Positions 1-9,715 of a DNA stretch of 41,089 nucleotides are shown here, piece by piece (within the stretch, counting starts at the first letter, position 1; every line of letters starts with the position of its first letter). Origin of the DNA: Bacteroidia bacterium (lineage in GTDB: Bacteria; Bacteroidota; Bacteroidia; NS11-12g; UBA955); contig JACMRS010000185.1 in assembly GCA_014376345.1 (NCBI GenBank), positions 1-41,089 of the forward strand, written 5' to 3'. A program made the position numbers and the translations under genes. The notes beneath the pieces are model-generated. The model was not told where the DNA came from. It made no database searches and saw only the letters and a program-made list of their open reading frames with translations.

Positions 1-16
1 AACCGAAAAGAGGCTT

Positions 17-43
17 GTAGGGGCGCACGGCAGTGTGTCCACA
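17..43. repeat. Dispersed copy of the head motif (TGTAGGGGCGCACGGCAGTGTGTCCAC) of the intergenic element found in tandem at 8558-8812
   Basis: Near-identical 26-27 nt match to 8558-8583 and 8688-8714. It contains the hairpin GGCNCAC-GGCA-GTGTGTCC. The sequence diverges after the head motif. Confidence 0.6.
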
Positions 44-83
44 TGTTAATAAACTGGTGTAAATTTCCAATAATCAATTGAAA

Positions 84-108
84 TCAAAACCCTCTCCTTT
101 GAAGAGGG
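84..108 (-). terminator. Rho-independent terminator downstream of ybaB
   Basis: On the minus strand, CCCTCT/AGAGGG stem (90-95 / 103-108) is followed by TTTTGATTT, immediately after the stop at 127-129. A plus-strand T7 run at 121-127 suggests it may act in both directions. Confidence 0.6.
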
Positions 109-126
109 CAGGGTGAGGCCTTTTTT

Positions 127-429
127 TCAACCGCCAAAAAGCCCTGAAAGTCCTGGCATCATTGGTCCCGCAAGTTCTTTCATTTCCGCCTCACCGGCAG
201 AAGCAGCAGATTCAAGCGTTCTGTTTATCAATACACAAAGCTGATCTTCAAGCATTTCTCTGTCCAAAAGAGCCTGATCTGTTAAAGTAATATTCTTAAC
301 AGCCCTGTCTGCTGTGCATGTTACTGATATTCCATTAAGGGTTTCAGTAGCTTCTATTGAAGACATCCGGGCTTTGATTTCCTCAGCCTTTTTCTTCATT
401 TCCATCAATTGTGAGATATTTCCAAACAT
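127..429 (-). CDS. ybaB: YbaB/EbfC family nucleoid-associated protein
   Basis: 100 aa with ATG start. Typical YbaB layout: N-terminal MFGN..QLMEMKKKAEE helix, a core G.V.V....R.V..I.L region, and a C-terminal PGLSGLFGG tail. Confidence 0.9.
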   Translation of the reverse strand: MFGNISQLMEMKKKAEEIKARMSSIEATETLNGISVTCTADRAVKNITLTDQALLDREMLEDQLCVLINRTLESAASAGEAEMKELAGPMMPGLSGLFGG

Positions 430-512
430 GTTTTTTAGTCTTATTTTTGCAAAGCGAAGGTAATATTATAATCATTCATAGAAAAATAGAAGTAATATCA
501 GCCTATTTGATA

Positions 513-520
513 TATTTTTG
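513..520 (+). promoter_or_regulatory. Candidate Bacteroidota -7 promoter box (TATTTTTG, consensus TAnnTTTG)
   Basis: Match to TAnnTTTG 26 nt upstream of the ATG at 546. Confidence 0.3.
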
Positions 521-545
521 AATTTTGTTCACCTTTAAAAGTCAG

Positions 546-2231
546 ATGGTAAAAAAACTCTTTATTTCAGCAACCTTTTTTATAATGGTTGTCAATCTTT
601 CTGCCCAAAACGGACTTAAAGAAAAAATCGAATCTTATAAAAAAGTAAAACTTACCACTGATATTTCTTTGTTAAGTGAAGATGAAAAACATCTTCTTCA
701 GCTATTTATAAGAGCTGCAGAGGAGGCAGATCAGGTTTTCTGGAAGCAGGCAATCGATTCGAAGCAGAAATTTTTGAGTATGATTAAAGATTCTTTTCAA
801 AGAGAATTTGCTTTGATTAATTACGGTCCTTGGGACAGACTTGATAACAACAAACCTTTTGTTAAAGGATATGGCATAAAGCCATTAGGTGCCGGGTTTT
901 ATCCTGCAGACATGACAAAATCCCAGTTCGACAGCATTCCCGGTAAAGATAAATTCAGTCCTTATACTATCATTCAAAAAAGTAAATACGGAAAATTTAC
1001 AGTGGTACCTTATAATCTTGCTTATTTTCAAAACAACAGAAATATTTCGAACGCGCTTCTTCAGGCTTCCCAAATTGCAGGCTCAAAGCTTCAGGATACA
1101 ATGCTTCAAAAATATCTTCAACTGCGCTCGCGTGCTTTTTTAACCAATGATTTTATCAAAAGTGATATCGCCTGGCTTAATATGAAAGACAACAGGCTCG
1201 ACATTATTATTGGCCCGATAGAAAATTATGAAGACCAGCTTAATGGTTTAAAAACATCTTATGAAGCTTATGTTCTGGTAAAAGATATGGAATGGAGCAA
1301 AAGACTTGAGAAATATGTTTCTTACTTGCCCGAACTTCAGAAAAACTTACCTGTAGCTCAGATTTATAAGTCTGAAACTCCAGGTAGTTCCTCTCAACTC
1401 AATGCTTACGATGTAGTTTATTACGCTGGCGATTGTAATGCCGGAAGTAAAACTATTGCTGTGAATCTTCCCAACGACGAAACAATTCAGACAGAACACG
1501 GCACGCGTCGCTCTCAGCTTAAAAATGTGATGCAGGCTAAATTTGATAATATCATGTTGCCAATTGCAAAAGCGCTGATTGATCCCGCACAACAAAAACA
1601 TGTTACTTTTAATGCATTCTTCGTTAATACAATGTTTCATGAAGTGGCACACGGTTTGGGAATTAAAAATACCATTGATGGGAAAGGCACAGTACGCGAA
1701 GCTTTAGGGGCTGATTACAGCGCACTTGAAGAAGGAAAAGCTGACATTCTCGGATTGTATATGGTTACCAGATTGTTTGATGAAAAAGTATTGACAGAAG
1801 GCGAAATTGCAGATTATTACGTAACTTTCGTTGCAGGTATTTTCAGGTCAGTGCGTTTTGGTGCTTCAAGTGCTCACGGAAAAGCCAATATGGTTAGATT
1901 TAATTATTTCAATGAATTAGGAGCTTTTACAAGAGATACCAAAACGGGCTATTACACCGTTAATATTGAAAAAATGAAAGCTGCTATTGAATCATTGTCT
2001 GCATTAATTCTTGAACTTCAAGGCAATGGAGACCCGACTAAAGTACAGGAACTAACTAAAGAAAAAGGTATAATAGGAGCGCTGCTGAAAGCAGATCTTC
2101 AAAAGCTTGAAACACTTAAAATACCAGTAGACATTATATTTGAACAGGGTGTTGAAGTACTTGGACTGGCACCAGATAAAGGATTACAACAACAACGAGC
2201 TCCACTTCCAAAAGGAGTTATTAAACATTAA
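546..2231 (+). CDS. Secreted Zn-dependent hydrolase, DPP III (M49)-like family
   Basis: HEVAHGLG zinc motif followed by LEEGKAD, the M49-like second zinc-ligand motif. Signal peptide after the ATG at 546 (MVKKLFISATFFIMVVNLSAQ). The track start at 525 is a TTG, so the ATG at 546 is preferred. Confidence 0.75.
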   Translation: MVKKLFISATFFIMVVNLSAQNGLKEKIESYKKVKLTTDISLLSEDEKHLLQLFIRAAEEADQVFWKQAIDSKQKFLSMIKDSFQREFALINYGPWDRLDNNKPFVKGYGIKPLGAGFYPADMTKSQFDSIPGKDKFSPYTIIQKSKYGKFTVVPYNLAYFQNNRNISNALLQASQIAGSKLQDTMLQKYLQLRSRAFLTNDFIKSDIAWLNMKDNRLDIIIGPIENYEDQLNGLKTSYEAYVLVKDMEWSKRLEKYVSYLPELQKNLPVAQIYKSETPGSSSQLNAYDVVYYAGDCNAGSKTIAVNLPNDETIQTEHGTRRSQLKNVMQAKFDNIMLPIAKALIDPAQQKHVTFNAFFVNTMFHEVAHGLGIKNTIDGKGTVREALGADYSALEEGKADILGLYMVTRLFDEKVLTEGEIADYYVTFVAGIFRSVRFGASSAHGKANMVRFNYFNELGAFTRDTKTGYYTVNIEKMKAAIESLSALILELQGNGDPTKVQELTKEKGIIGALLKADLQKLETLKIPVDIIFEQGVEVLGLAPDKGLQQQRAPLPKGVIKH

Positions 2232-2272
2232 CAAAACTAAAACACACATAATTAATTCCGCTACGAAAGAAC

Positions 2273-4369
2273 ATGAAAAAAAATAAAATTCTCTTGCTCC
2301 TGCTGCTGCCTCTTACGGCTATGCTGTTTGGATTTTGTTTGTCAAAAAACAATTCAGGATCTGACGAAGATCTGTCTAAAATCATTCTGGATGTACTTGA
2401 AAATTACCATTATCAGCCTACCGCAGTTGATGATAAATTTTCCGGTGAACTTTTTGATCTTTATATCAAACGTCTTGATAACAACAAACGATTCTTTACT
2501 TCAGACGATATTGCTCAGCTTCAGCAATACAGAAAAGATCTTGATGATCAGGCAAAAGAAGGAAGGTATGAATTTTTCACTAAAGCCAATGCACTTTATT
2601 CTACAAGGTTAAAGATGCTTGAAGCTCATTATAAAACCGTTTTGGAAACTCCTTTTGATTTCACCACAAATGAATATTACGATTTTAATGAGGACAGTTC
2701 TCAGTTTCTTAAAAGTGAAGAAGAATTGAAAGAAAGCTGGAGAAAATCTCTTAAACTTCAGGTTCTTGAAAAACTTTACCGTAAAATTGATGTTCAGGAT
2801 AAGTCCAAAGACCGCAAGGATACTTTGCTTACCTTGAAATCTCAGGATACGCTTGAGGCTCATGCAAGAAAAGAAGTTCTTAAAACGCATAACGACTGGT
2901 TTAAAAGACTTAGTAAAGTTGATAAAGAAGAGTTAAAATCTCTTTATATTAACTGTATAACGGAGCTTTTTGATCCTCATACAAACTATTTCCCGCCAAA
3001 AGAAAAAGAAGATTTTGATATTAGAATGAGTGGTACACTCGAAGGTATCGGAGCAACGCTTTCAGAAAAAGATGGTTACATTAAAGTTGAGCGCATTGTA
3101 CCGGGAAGTCCTTCTTATAAGCAGGGTGAATTAAAATCGGGTGATTTACTTATTAAAGTTTCTCAAGAAACAGGCGATCCTGTAGATCTGGTTAATATGA
3201 AAGTGGATGATGCCGTTCAGTATATCCGTGGTAAAAAAGGAACTACAGTTAGACTGACAGTTAAAAAGCCTGATGAAAGTATTAAAGTGATTTCGATTGT
3301 AAGAGATGTGGTTGTGATTGAAGAAGGTTATGCAAAATCGGGAATTATCAGGAAAGATGGTAAAAAATACGGTTATATTAACCTTCCACAATTTTATACC
3401 AATCTGAACCAGTCTGGTGGCAGAACCTGTTCGAAGGATGTGGCCATTGAGGTTGAAAAATTAAAAAAAGACACTGTTGCCGGCATTATCCTTGATTTGA
3501 GGAACAATGGTGGTGGCTCTCTTGGAGATGTTGTTACTATGAGTGGTTTGTTTATAGAGCAAGGTCCGATTGTTCAGGTTAAATCCCGCAACAAAACTCC
3601 GGATATTCTGAATGATGAAGACCCTTCAGTTCAGTATGATGGTCCTTTAACGATTATGGTTGACGGTTACAGCGCATCTGCCTCAGAAATTCTTGCAGCA
3701 GCTTTACAGGATTACCACAGAGCAGCTATTATTGGTACAGGTACTTATGGTAAGGGCACTGTTCAGAGGTTTATAGATCTGGATCAGGGTGAAATGTTCT
3801 TTCAAAAGAAAAACGCAAAAAAACTTGGTGCACTTAAAATTACAATACAGAAGTTTTACCGTGTTAATGGCGGTACCACTCAGCTTCAGGGTGTAACACC
3901 GGATATTATTCTTCCGGACCGTTATCAGTTTATTGAACTGGGTGAAAAAGACAGTGAACATCCTTTGGGCTGGGACGAGATACCTAAAGCAAGCTATGGA
4001 ACGAAGTTGAATTATAGCAAGAAAATTAAGAAGGCTAAAGAAAACAGTGCTAAGCGAATGGAAAAAAACGAGGCTTTTAAAAAGATTATGGAGCTTGCTG
4101 TAAGGGCGAAAGAGCTTAATAAGAAAACCCATTTTACACTGAATCTTAAAGAATTTGCTGCTGAACAAAAGAAACTGGAAGCAGAAAATGTTAAGTTTGA
4201 CACTTTCCTTAAAACACTTTCTGAGAATAAGGTTTCAAATTTAACTGCTGATATTCAGGCTGCTGCAGGAGATGCGACAGTTTTGAAAATGAAGCAAGAC
4301 TGGCTAGGTAATCTTAAAAAGGATATCTATCTGGATGAAGCAGTAGAGATATTGAAGGATTTGAGATAA
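2273..4369 (+). CDS. Carboxy-terminal processing (tail-specific) peptidase, family S41
   Basis: 698 aa with a signal or lipoprotein leader. PDZ-like segment (LEGIGATL...GSPSYKQGELKSGDLLIKV) and S41 core motifs (DLRNNGGGS, GYSASASEILAAAL, GKGTVQ). Confidence 0.9.
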   Translation: MKKNKILLLLLLPLTAMLFGFCLSKNNSGSDEDLSKIILDVLENYHYQPTAVDDKFSGELFDLYIKRLDNNKRFFTSDDIAQLQQYRKDLDDQAKEGRYEFFTKANALYSTRLKMLEAHYKTVLETPFDFTTNEYYDFNEDSSQFLKSEEELKESWRKSLKLQVLEKLYRKIDVQDKSKDRKDTLLTLKSQDTLEAHARKEVLKTHNDWFKRLSKVDKEELKSLYINCITELFDPHTNYFPPKEKEDFDIRMSGTLEGIGATLSEKDGYIKVERIVPGSPSYKQGELKSGDLLIKVSQETGDPVDLVNMKVDDAVQYIRGKKGTTVRLTVKKPDESIKVISIVRDVVVIEEGYAKSGIIRKDGKKYGYINLPQFYTNLNQSGGRTCSKDVAIEVEKLKKDTVAGIILDLRNNGGGSLGDVVTMSGLFIEQGPIVQVKSRNKTPDILNDEDPSVQYDGPLTIMVDGYSASASEILAAALQDYHRAAIIGTGTYGKGTVQRFIDLDQGEMFFQKKNAKKLGALKITIQKFYRVNGGTTQLQGVTPDIILPDRYQFIELGEKDSEHPLGWDEIPKASYGTKLNYSKKIKKAKENSAKRMEKNEAFKKIMELAVRAKELNKKTHFTLNLKEFAAEQKKLEAENVKFDTFLKTLSENKVSNLTADIQAAAGDATVLKMKQDWLGNLKKDIYLDEAVEILKDLR

Positions 4370-4386
4370 TTCAAATTCATAAATTA

Positions 4387-4431
4387 AGCCCCGTAATCTT
4401 TTCTCAGGAAATTGGTTGCGGGGCTTTTTTT
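4387..4431 (+). terminator. Rho-independent terminator after the S41 peptidase gene
   Basis: AGCCCCG (4387-4393) pairs with CGGGGCT (4419-4425), followed by a T7 run. Confidence 0.8.
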
Positions 4432-4538
4432 GTTTGCTCTAAAATAAAATAAAATTCACTTTTAACCCGTTATTACGATAAAATTTAGCTTTTAGATTGA
4501 AAAATCAGGACATTTTTATTGTTTTTTAAAGTCAATCC

Positions 4539-4569
4539 TTTGCTAAATTGATATTTTCGTATAAGTTTG
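4539..4569 (+). promoter_or_regulatory. Candidate Bacteroidota promoter (-33 TTTG, 19 nt spacer, -7 TAAGTTTG)
   Basis: TTTG at 4539-4542 and TAAGTTTG at 4562-4569, 47 nt upstream of the ATG at 4616. The spacing fits the TTTG-N19-21-TAnnTTTG consensus. Confidence 0.4.
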
Positions 4570-4615
4570 TGAAATATTGTCAATAAATTTTTCTGATAGT
4601 TTAACCGTGATAAGA

Positions 4616-7600
4616 ATGAATAAAAACACACAAAAGATTTTTACCATAGTATTGATTTCTTTTTCTTTGTTTCTTTTCTCCTGTAAGAACAATCTTGCAG
4701 AAGGTGATAAAGCAAAGGCTCAGCTACGATATAAAGATGCAGCCGATTATTACACAAAGGCTCAGACTGACAAAGGAATAACACCTGAACAGAAGAAGAG
4801 GGCAATGGAAAATGCTGCTGAAGCTCATCGTATGGATAATAATTACGAAGCAGCTGCAAAAGCTTATGATAAAATTCTGAAAAAAGATCCAAAAAACACC
4901 GATGCTTTATTTTATAGCGGTGTTATGAATATGAAACTTATAACGTCTTCAAATCCGGATGCGGAAAAAAATGCCAGAGAAAGTTTCAGGAAATATTTGG
5001 AGGAAATTCCTAACGATCCTACAGTACTTGCAAAAATTGCAGGTATGGACAGTATGCAGAGCTGGAAAAATCAACCCAGCAGATTTCAAGTTACCAATTT
5101 AAAAGCTGCAAATACTAAATATAATGAGTTTAGCCCAATGGTGTTGGGTAAAAAAGATGAAGAGCTTTACTTCACTTCAGACCGTGACGGAGGAGTAACT
5201 AAAAAACCTTATGGCTGGACAGGTAATTTCTATACAGATGTTTGGTCTATGAAGAAAAAAGTTGCTAAAGGCAGAGCATCTAAAGATACTAAAAAAGAAA
5301 TAGCATGGGAAAATCCGGTTCTTACTTTAGGAACAATCAATTCTAAATTTAATGATGGTGTAACTACTTTCGATAGAAAGTTTGGTACTGTTTATTATAC
5401 GCAATGTAATGGTGAGGACGGCAAAGGTAAATATTGCAAAATATTTGAAGCCACTAAAAAAGGACTAGAGTGGGGAGATATTAAAATGCTGGAATTCTGC
5501 AGCGACAGTTTTAACTATTCTCACCCGGCTTTAAATGAAGACGGAACTAAAATGTATTTCACTTCAGATCGTGAAGGTGGTGAGGGTGGTTATGATCTTT
5601 GGGTTTCTAATTATGTTAAAAGAGGAAAAACATGGGGAGATCCAGTAAATCTTGGTCCGGTAATAAATACTAATAAAGATGAGGAATTTCCATATTGGAA
5701 TACTCATGATCAAAGTTTGTATTTTTCATCTAATGGTCATATTGGATTGGGATCTTTCGACATTTTCAAAAGTGAGGGTGGAGGAGATGAATGGTCTGCA
5801 CCTGAAAATTTAAGAGCTCCTTTGAATTCCGGGGGTGATGATTTTGGTATTACTTTCGACCTTAACAACCCTGTTCATGGCTATTTTACATCAAACAGAG
5901 ATATTGGCAAAAAAATAAATGATGATATTTATGAGTTCAATATTACACCACTTGTAATCAGGCTTAAAGGAATTGTTACAGATTGTAACAAAAAAGTTCC
6001 ACTTAAAAATTCACTTATTACTATTACCAACGATAAGGATACAAATAAAATTGTTATTTTCACCAACGAGCGTGGTGAGTATGATACAGCTCTGAAAGAA
6101 AAACGCAATTACGAAATTTCGTGTACCAACCGTGAACTTTATTATTTTGATGCACAATCTAAACAGCAAAGTACAGTAGGTGTTAAATTCTCAACTACAT
6201 TTATTAAAGATTTCTGTCTTGAATCTCAGATTATTGAAAAACCTTATCCTATTTATTATGACCTGAATAAAGCTATCATCAGACCTGATGCTGCCAAGAT
6301 TCTGGATGAAGAAATTCTGCCTTTGCTTATTAAATATCCTAAGTTAAGGGTAGAGTTGGGTTCACATACGGATTGTCGTTCATCTTATGAGTATAATATT
6401 GACTTGTCTCAAAGACGTGCAGATTCAGCGGTAAATTATCTTGTTAAACGAGGTATTGACCCAAGAAGAATTGTTGCAAAAGGTTATGGTGAATCCCAGT
6501 TAGTGAATGATTGTGCCTGCGAAGGAGCAGTTAAATCTAATTGTTCAGAGGCAGTGCATCAGGAAAACAGAAGAACAGTAATTAAAACACTGGATGTAAA
6601 CTTTGATCCTTCTGTTAAATTTATTGAGTCTACTGACCCAAACAATAAAAATGAAAAGCCAATTATTGTAAAACTTGGTAAAAAAGATGCACTTTATACT
6701 GTTGAGTCTGCCGGCAACGGTGTTGAAACAACTGTTCCTGCTCTGATAGCTACGGGTGAAGATTTATTGATTTCATTTATAGAGCTTAAAGCCCTTGTTA
6801 AAGCAAACAAAATTAAAGCTACAGATTTAACAGGAATAACTCTTGCAGATATTAATGCAGGTAGATTTAAAGCAAATGCAACTGTTAAAATGATGTCTCT
6901 TCGTGTTGGTCCGGCTTCTGCTGGTAAAACAATGACAGAAATAACCCTGAAAGTGGCTAACGATATTAAAGCACCTTACCAGCTTGGTATCAACGCACTT
7001 AAAAAGGAAGGTGGAACAATTAATACTGACGAAGATGAGTTGATATTTAAAAATGTAAACAAGGATGCACTTCAGGGAGGTCCGGTTGACAGTAAAATAT
7101 TGAACAATGCAGGTAACCCGGGCACAGGCAATACAGGTACTTCAAATACTCCGGGTGGTGCAGCTGCAGGAAATACTGGTACAACACCAAAACCTGCAGA
7201 TACTGTTTCATTGGATGGTTATACTAAAATTCCATTAATGTCCGGTGGTGCTGAAAAATCAGTTGCTACAATGATCAATGACAAAGAAAATGTGAACTGG
7301 AATGTTAACCTGGCAGGAAACAAAACTGAAATTGATGAAGAGACTGCTAAAAGACTTTATGAAAATGGAGTAATTAGTAAAGAAGATTTTGAAGATGGTG
7401 AAAGCATTAAAATTAATGGTACCAAGCTTAGAAGTAATACCTTTATTATCAAATCTCTTGAGATTAGCGGGGTAACTGTTGAAAACGTGAGAGTTGTAAT
7501 TAATGGTAAAATTTCAGATCCTGTATTGGGAAAATCATTCTGGAAGAAGCTTAACCCGATCGAGAAAAACGGTTCGATCTATGTAAAGCCTAAAGCTAAA

Positions 7601-7624
7601 AAAGCCGGCAAGTCCGACGATTAA
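4616..7624 (+). CDS. PorE-like T9SS-associated outer-membrane lipoprotein (TPR + PD40 beta-propeller + CarboxypepD_reg-like + OmpA_C) with a long extra C-terminal extension
   Basis: Lipobox LFLFSC. TPR-like N-terminus. Repeated PD40/TolB-like motifs (LYFTSDRDGG, MYFTSDREGGEGGYDLW, LYFSSNGH, GYFTSNRD). OmpA_C motif (YYDLNKA.IRPD....LGSHTDCRSS..YN..LSQRRADSAVNYLV..GI...R....GYGES). About 340 further residues follow OmpA_C. The ATG at 4616 is preferred over the TTG at 4577. Confidence 0.75.
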   Translation: MNKNTQKIFTIVLISFSLFLFSCKNNLAEGDKAKAQLRYKDAADYYTKAQTDKGITPEQKKRAMENAAEAHRMDNNYEAAAKAYDKILKKDPKNTDALFYSGVMNMKLITSSNPDAEKNARESFRKYLEEIPNDPTVLAKIAGMDSMQSWKNQPSRFQVTNLKAANTKYNEFSPMVLGKKDEELYFTSDRDGGVTKKPYGWTGNFYTDVWSMKKKVAKGRASKDTKKEIAWENPVLTLGTINSKFNDGVTTFDRKFGTVYYTQCNGEDGKGKYCKIFEATKKGLEWGDIKMLEFCSDSFNYSHPALNEDGTKMYFTSDREGGEGGYDLWVSNYVKRGKTWGDPVNLGPVINTNKDEEFPYWNTHDQSLYFSSNGHIGLGSFDIFKSEGGGDEWSAPENLRAPLNSGGDDFGITFDLNNPVHGYFTSNRDIGKKINDDIYEFNITPLVIRLKGIVTDCNKKVPLKNSLITITNDKDTNKIVIFTNERGEYDTALKEKRNYEISCTNRELYYFDAQSKQQSTVGVKFSTTFIKDFCLESQIIEKPYPIYYDLNKAIIRPDAAKILDEEILPLLIKYPKLRVELGSHTDCRSSYEYNIDLSQRRADSAVNYLVKRGIDPRRIVAKGYGESQLVNDCACEGAVKSNCSEAVHQENRRTVIKTLDVNFDPSVKFIESTDPNNKNEKPIIVKLGKKDALYTVESAGNGVETTVPALIATGEDLLISFIELKALVKANKIKATDLTGITLADINAGRFKANATVKMMSLRVGPASAGKTMTEITLKVANDIKAPYQLGINALKKEGGTINTDEDELIFKNVNKDALQGGPVDSKILNNAGNPGTGNTGTSNTPGGAAAGNTGTTPKPADTVSLDGYTKIPLMSGGAEKSVATMINDKENVNWNVNLAGNKTEIDEETAKRLYENGVISKEDFEDGESIKINGTKLRSNTFIIKSLEISGVTVENVRVVINGKISDPVLGKSFWKKLNPIEKNGSIYVKPKAKKAGKSDD

Positions 7625-7632
7625 TATTTGAA

Positions 7633-7662
7633 GAAAGGCGGTTTTAACCGCCTTTCTTTTTT
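7633..7662 (+). terminator. Rho-independent terminator after the PorE-like gene
   Basis: GAAAGGCGG / CCGCCTTTC 9-bp stem with a TTTTAA loop, followed by T6. Confidence 0.85.
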
Positions 7663-7691
7663 AGTAACAGTATCTTTCTGATTATCAGTAT

Positions 7692-8522
7692 TTGAAAAAA
7701 GGCCCTATTTTTTTCAGCAGGCACCAGGGTATCGGTGATGCCGTATTTGTAAATACTGTTGCCTGGCATTGCGGGCATTTTAATAAGTGCAAAGTAATTA
7801 TTGGCACTAACCATAAAGAAATTTTCAGGAACAACCCTTACGTGAGGATATTTCCTTTTACATCAGAAAAAATGTTTTTCCGCTTTGTAAGACTGCTTAG
7901 AATTCTAGGTTTTAGTCCGCAACATTTTGTTATGACATACCAGGCAGAATTAAAAGAAACGCCGCATATTATGGATGCGCTTTGTAAGAAGGCTGGAATG
8001 CACATTCATCTCAGTAAGCCATTAATATTCCTAACAGAAAAGGAACTTTCGAAAAAGCAGTTGCCTGTCGGTGAAAAACCATGGCTGGCGATTCATTCAA
8101 CCGGACTTACAGACTGGACAGACAATAAAAACTATTACCCTGAAAGGTTTGAGGAAGTGGTACTCGCATTAAAGTCGAAGTATAATATTGTGCAGCTCGG
8201 ACTGGAATCTGATCCTGCTTTATCAGCAGATTTAGATTTAAGGGGAAAGTTAACAGTAAGAGAAACTGCAGCCCTGTTTTACGAATGTAAATTGTTTATT
8301 GGTCAGGTGGGGTTTTTAATGCATGCTGCAGAAGCAGCCTCATGTCGCAGCATAATCATCTACGGTGGATTTGAAGCACCATGGCAGCACGATTACCCTC
8401 ACCAACAGTCAATATACTCACCAGTGTCCTGTGCGCCCTGCTGGCAACTCATTTGCCCCTACGATAAAAAATGTATGGATATGATTATGCCTTCTACGAT
8501 TGTTGAAATGGCATTGGGTTGA
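7692..8522 (+). CDS. Glycosyltransferase family 9 (heptosyltransferase-like)
   Basis: N-terminal I.F.R...IGDAV..T motif, a central W..HS.G......K.YP..F segment, and a C-terminal CAPCW....CPYDKKCM motif typical of GT9. Apparent TTG start; short for the family at 276 aa. Confidence 0.65.
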   Translation: MKKGPIFFSRHQGIGDAVFVNTVAWHCGHFNKCKVIIGTNHKEIFRNNPYVRIFPFTSEKMFFRFVRLLRILGFSPQHFVMTYQAELKETPHIMDALCKKAGMHIHLSKPLIFLTEKELSKKQLPVGEKPWLAIHSTGLTDWTDNKNYYPERFEEVVLALKSKYNIVQLGLESDPALSADLDLRGKLTVRETAALFYECKLFIGQVGFLMHAAEAASCRSIIIYGGFEAPWQHDYPHQQSIYSPVSCAPCWQLICPYDKKCMDMIMPSTIVEMALG

Positions 8523-8557
8523 ATGAATTGAGAATTGCCTATTGATTATGAATAATT

Positions 8558-8672
8558 GTAGGGCACACGGCAGTGTGTCCACCTGTGAGGACGTGTGGGT
8601 TTTTCATTCATCCCTTGGGACGGTGCCCCAAGTTGAGATGTTAAAGGCCTTCAGCCTTGGTTGAATCTGCAT
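8558..8672. repeat. Intergenic structured repeat element, copy A
   Basis: Roughly 85-90% identical by eye to copy B, with a 12-nt indel. Three internal hairpins: GGCACAC-GGCA-GTGTGTCC, CTTGGG-ACGGTGC-CCCAAG and AAGGC-CTTCA-GCCTT. Confidence 0.8.
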
Positions 8673-8687
8673 TGGTTGTGATCGGAT

Positions 8688-8812
8688 GTAGGGGCACACG
8701 GCAGTGTGTCCACCTGTATGGATGTGTTGGTTTTTCATTCATACTCATATTGTCTTGGGACGCTGCCCCAAGTTGAGATGTTAAAGGCCTTCAGCCTGGT
8801 TGAGTCTGGATT
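8688..8812. repeat. Intergenic structured repeat element, copy B (tandem to copy A)
   Basis: Same head motif GTAGGGGCACACGGCAGTGTGTCCACCTGT and the same conserved block CTTGGGACG.TGCCCCAAGTTGAGATGTTAAAGGCCTTCAGCC as copy A. Confidence 0.8.
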
Positions 8813-8839
8813 TCAGGAGTGTTTCCGGTTTCTTACCCA

Positions 8840-9715
8840 TTAACCTACGACTTTATGTTTCAGCAACTGCAACAAATAATCACCATAACCGCTTTTTTTC
8901 AATGGAGTAGCGATTACTCTTAACTGATCATCGTTGATAAATCCCATCTGCCACGCTACTTCCTCGATACACCCTACTTTCAATCCCTGACGCTCTTCTA
9001 TCACCTGAACAAATTGTCCGGCTTGCATCAAACTGGCAAACGTTCCTGTGTCGAGCCAAGCAGTGCCTCTGTTCAGAATGCCGACTTTCAACTCACCCAT
9101 CTTAAGATATTCTTTATTGACATCGGTGATTTCGTATTCTCCTCTGTGACTGGGTTCTAAAGCTTTGGCAATGCCGACAACACGGTTGTCGTAAAAATAT
9201 AAACCGGGAACAGCAAAATTGGATTTTGGGTTGGCAGGTTTTTCTTCGATACTAACTGCATTATTGTCTTTGTCAAATTCAACCACGCCGTAACGCTCAG
9301 GATCGGAAACATGGTAGGCGAATACGACTCCGCCAACAGGGTCGGCATTGTCTGTAAGAAGCTTCTGAATGGATGCCCCAAAGAAAATATTGTCTCCAAG
9401 TATTAACGCAACTTTATCGTTGCCGATAAATTTCTCGCCAATTACAAAAGCCTGCGCCAAACCGTTAGGCACCGACTGCTCAGCATAAGAAAACTGACAT
9501 CCCAGCACGCTGCCATCTCCTAAAAGACTTTTAAAATGAGGTAAATCATGCGGCGTTGAAATAATCAGGATTTCATTAATTCCCGCCATCATCAGCACTG
9601 ACAAAGGATAATAAATCATTGGCTTGTCGTAAACAGGCATCATTTGCTTGCTCATAGCAAGCGTCAACGGGTGTAAACGTGTGCCGGATCCCCCGGCGAG
9701 AATAATTCCTTTCAT
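8840..9715 (-). CDS. rfbA: Glucose-1-phosphate thymidylyltransferase
   Basis: [18 protein letters not shown]...[26 protein letters not shown] and the rest of the protein are the classic RmlA sequence. Confidence 0.95.
   Translation of the reverse strand: MKGIILAGGSGTRLHPLTLAMSKQMMPVYDKPMIYYPLSVLMMAGINEILIISTPHDLPHFKSLLGDGSVLGCQFSYAEQSVPNGLAQAFVIGEKFIGNDKVALILGDNIFFGASIQKLLTDNADPVGGVVFAYHVSDPERYGVVEFDKDNNAVSIEEKPANPKSNFAVPGLYFYDNRVVGIAKALEPSHRGEYEITDVNKEYLKMGELKVGILNRGTAWLDTGTFASLMQAGQFVQVIEERQGLKVGCIEEVAWQMGFINDDQLRVIATPLKKSGYGDYLLQLLKHKVVG

Noticed and set aside
525-545. N-terminal extensions in the ORF track from non-ATG first codons: 525 TTG, 4577 TTG, 13579 TTG and 37604 GTG.
   Set aside because: In each case a downstream in-frame ATG begins a proper signal peptide, lipobox, or the conserved domain start. 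I therefore used 546, 4616, 13552 and 37565. This remains unverified without N-terminal data.
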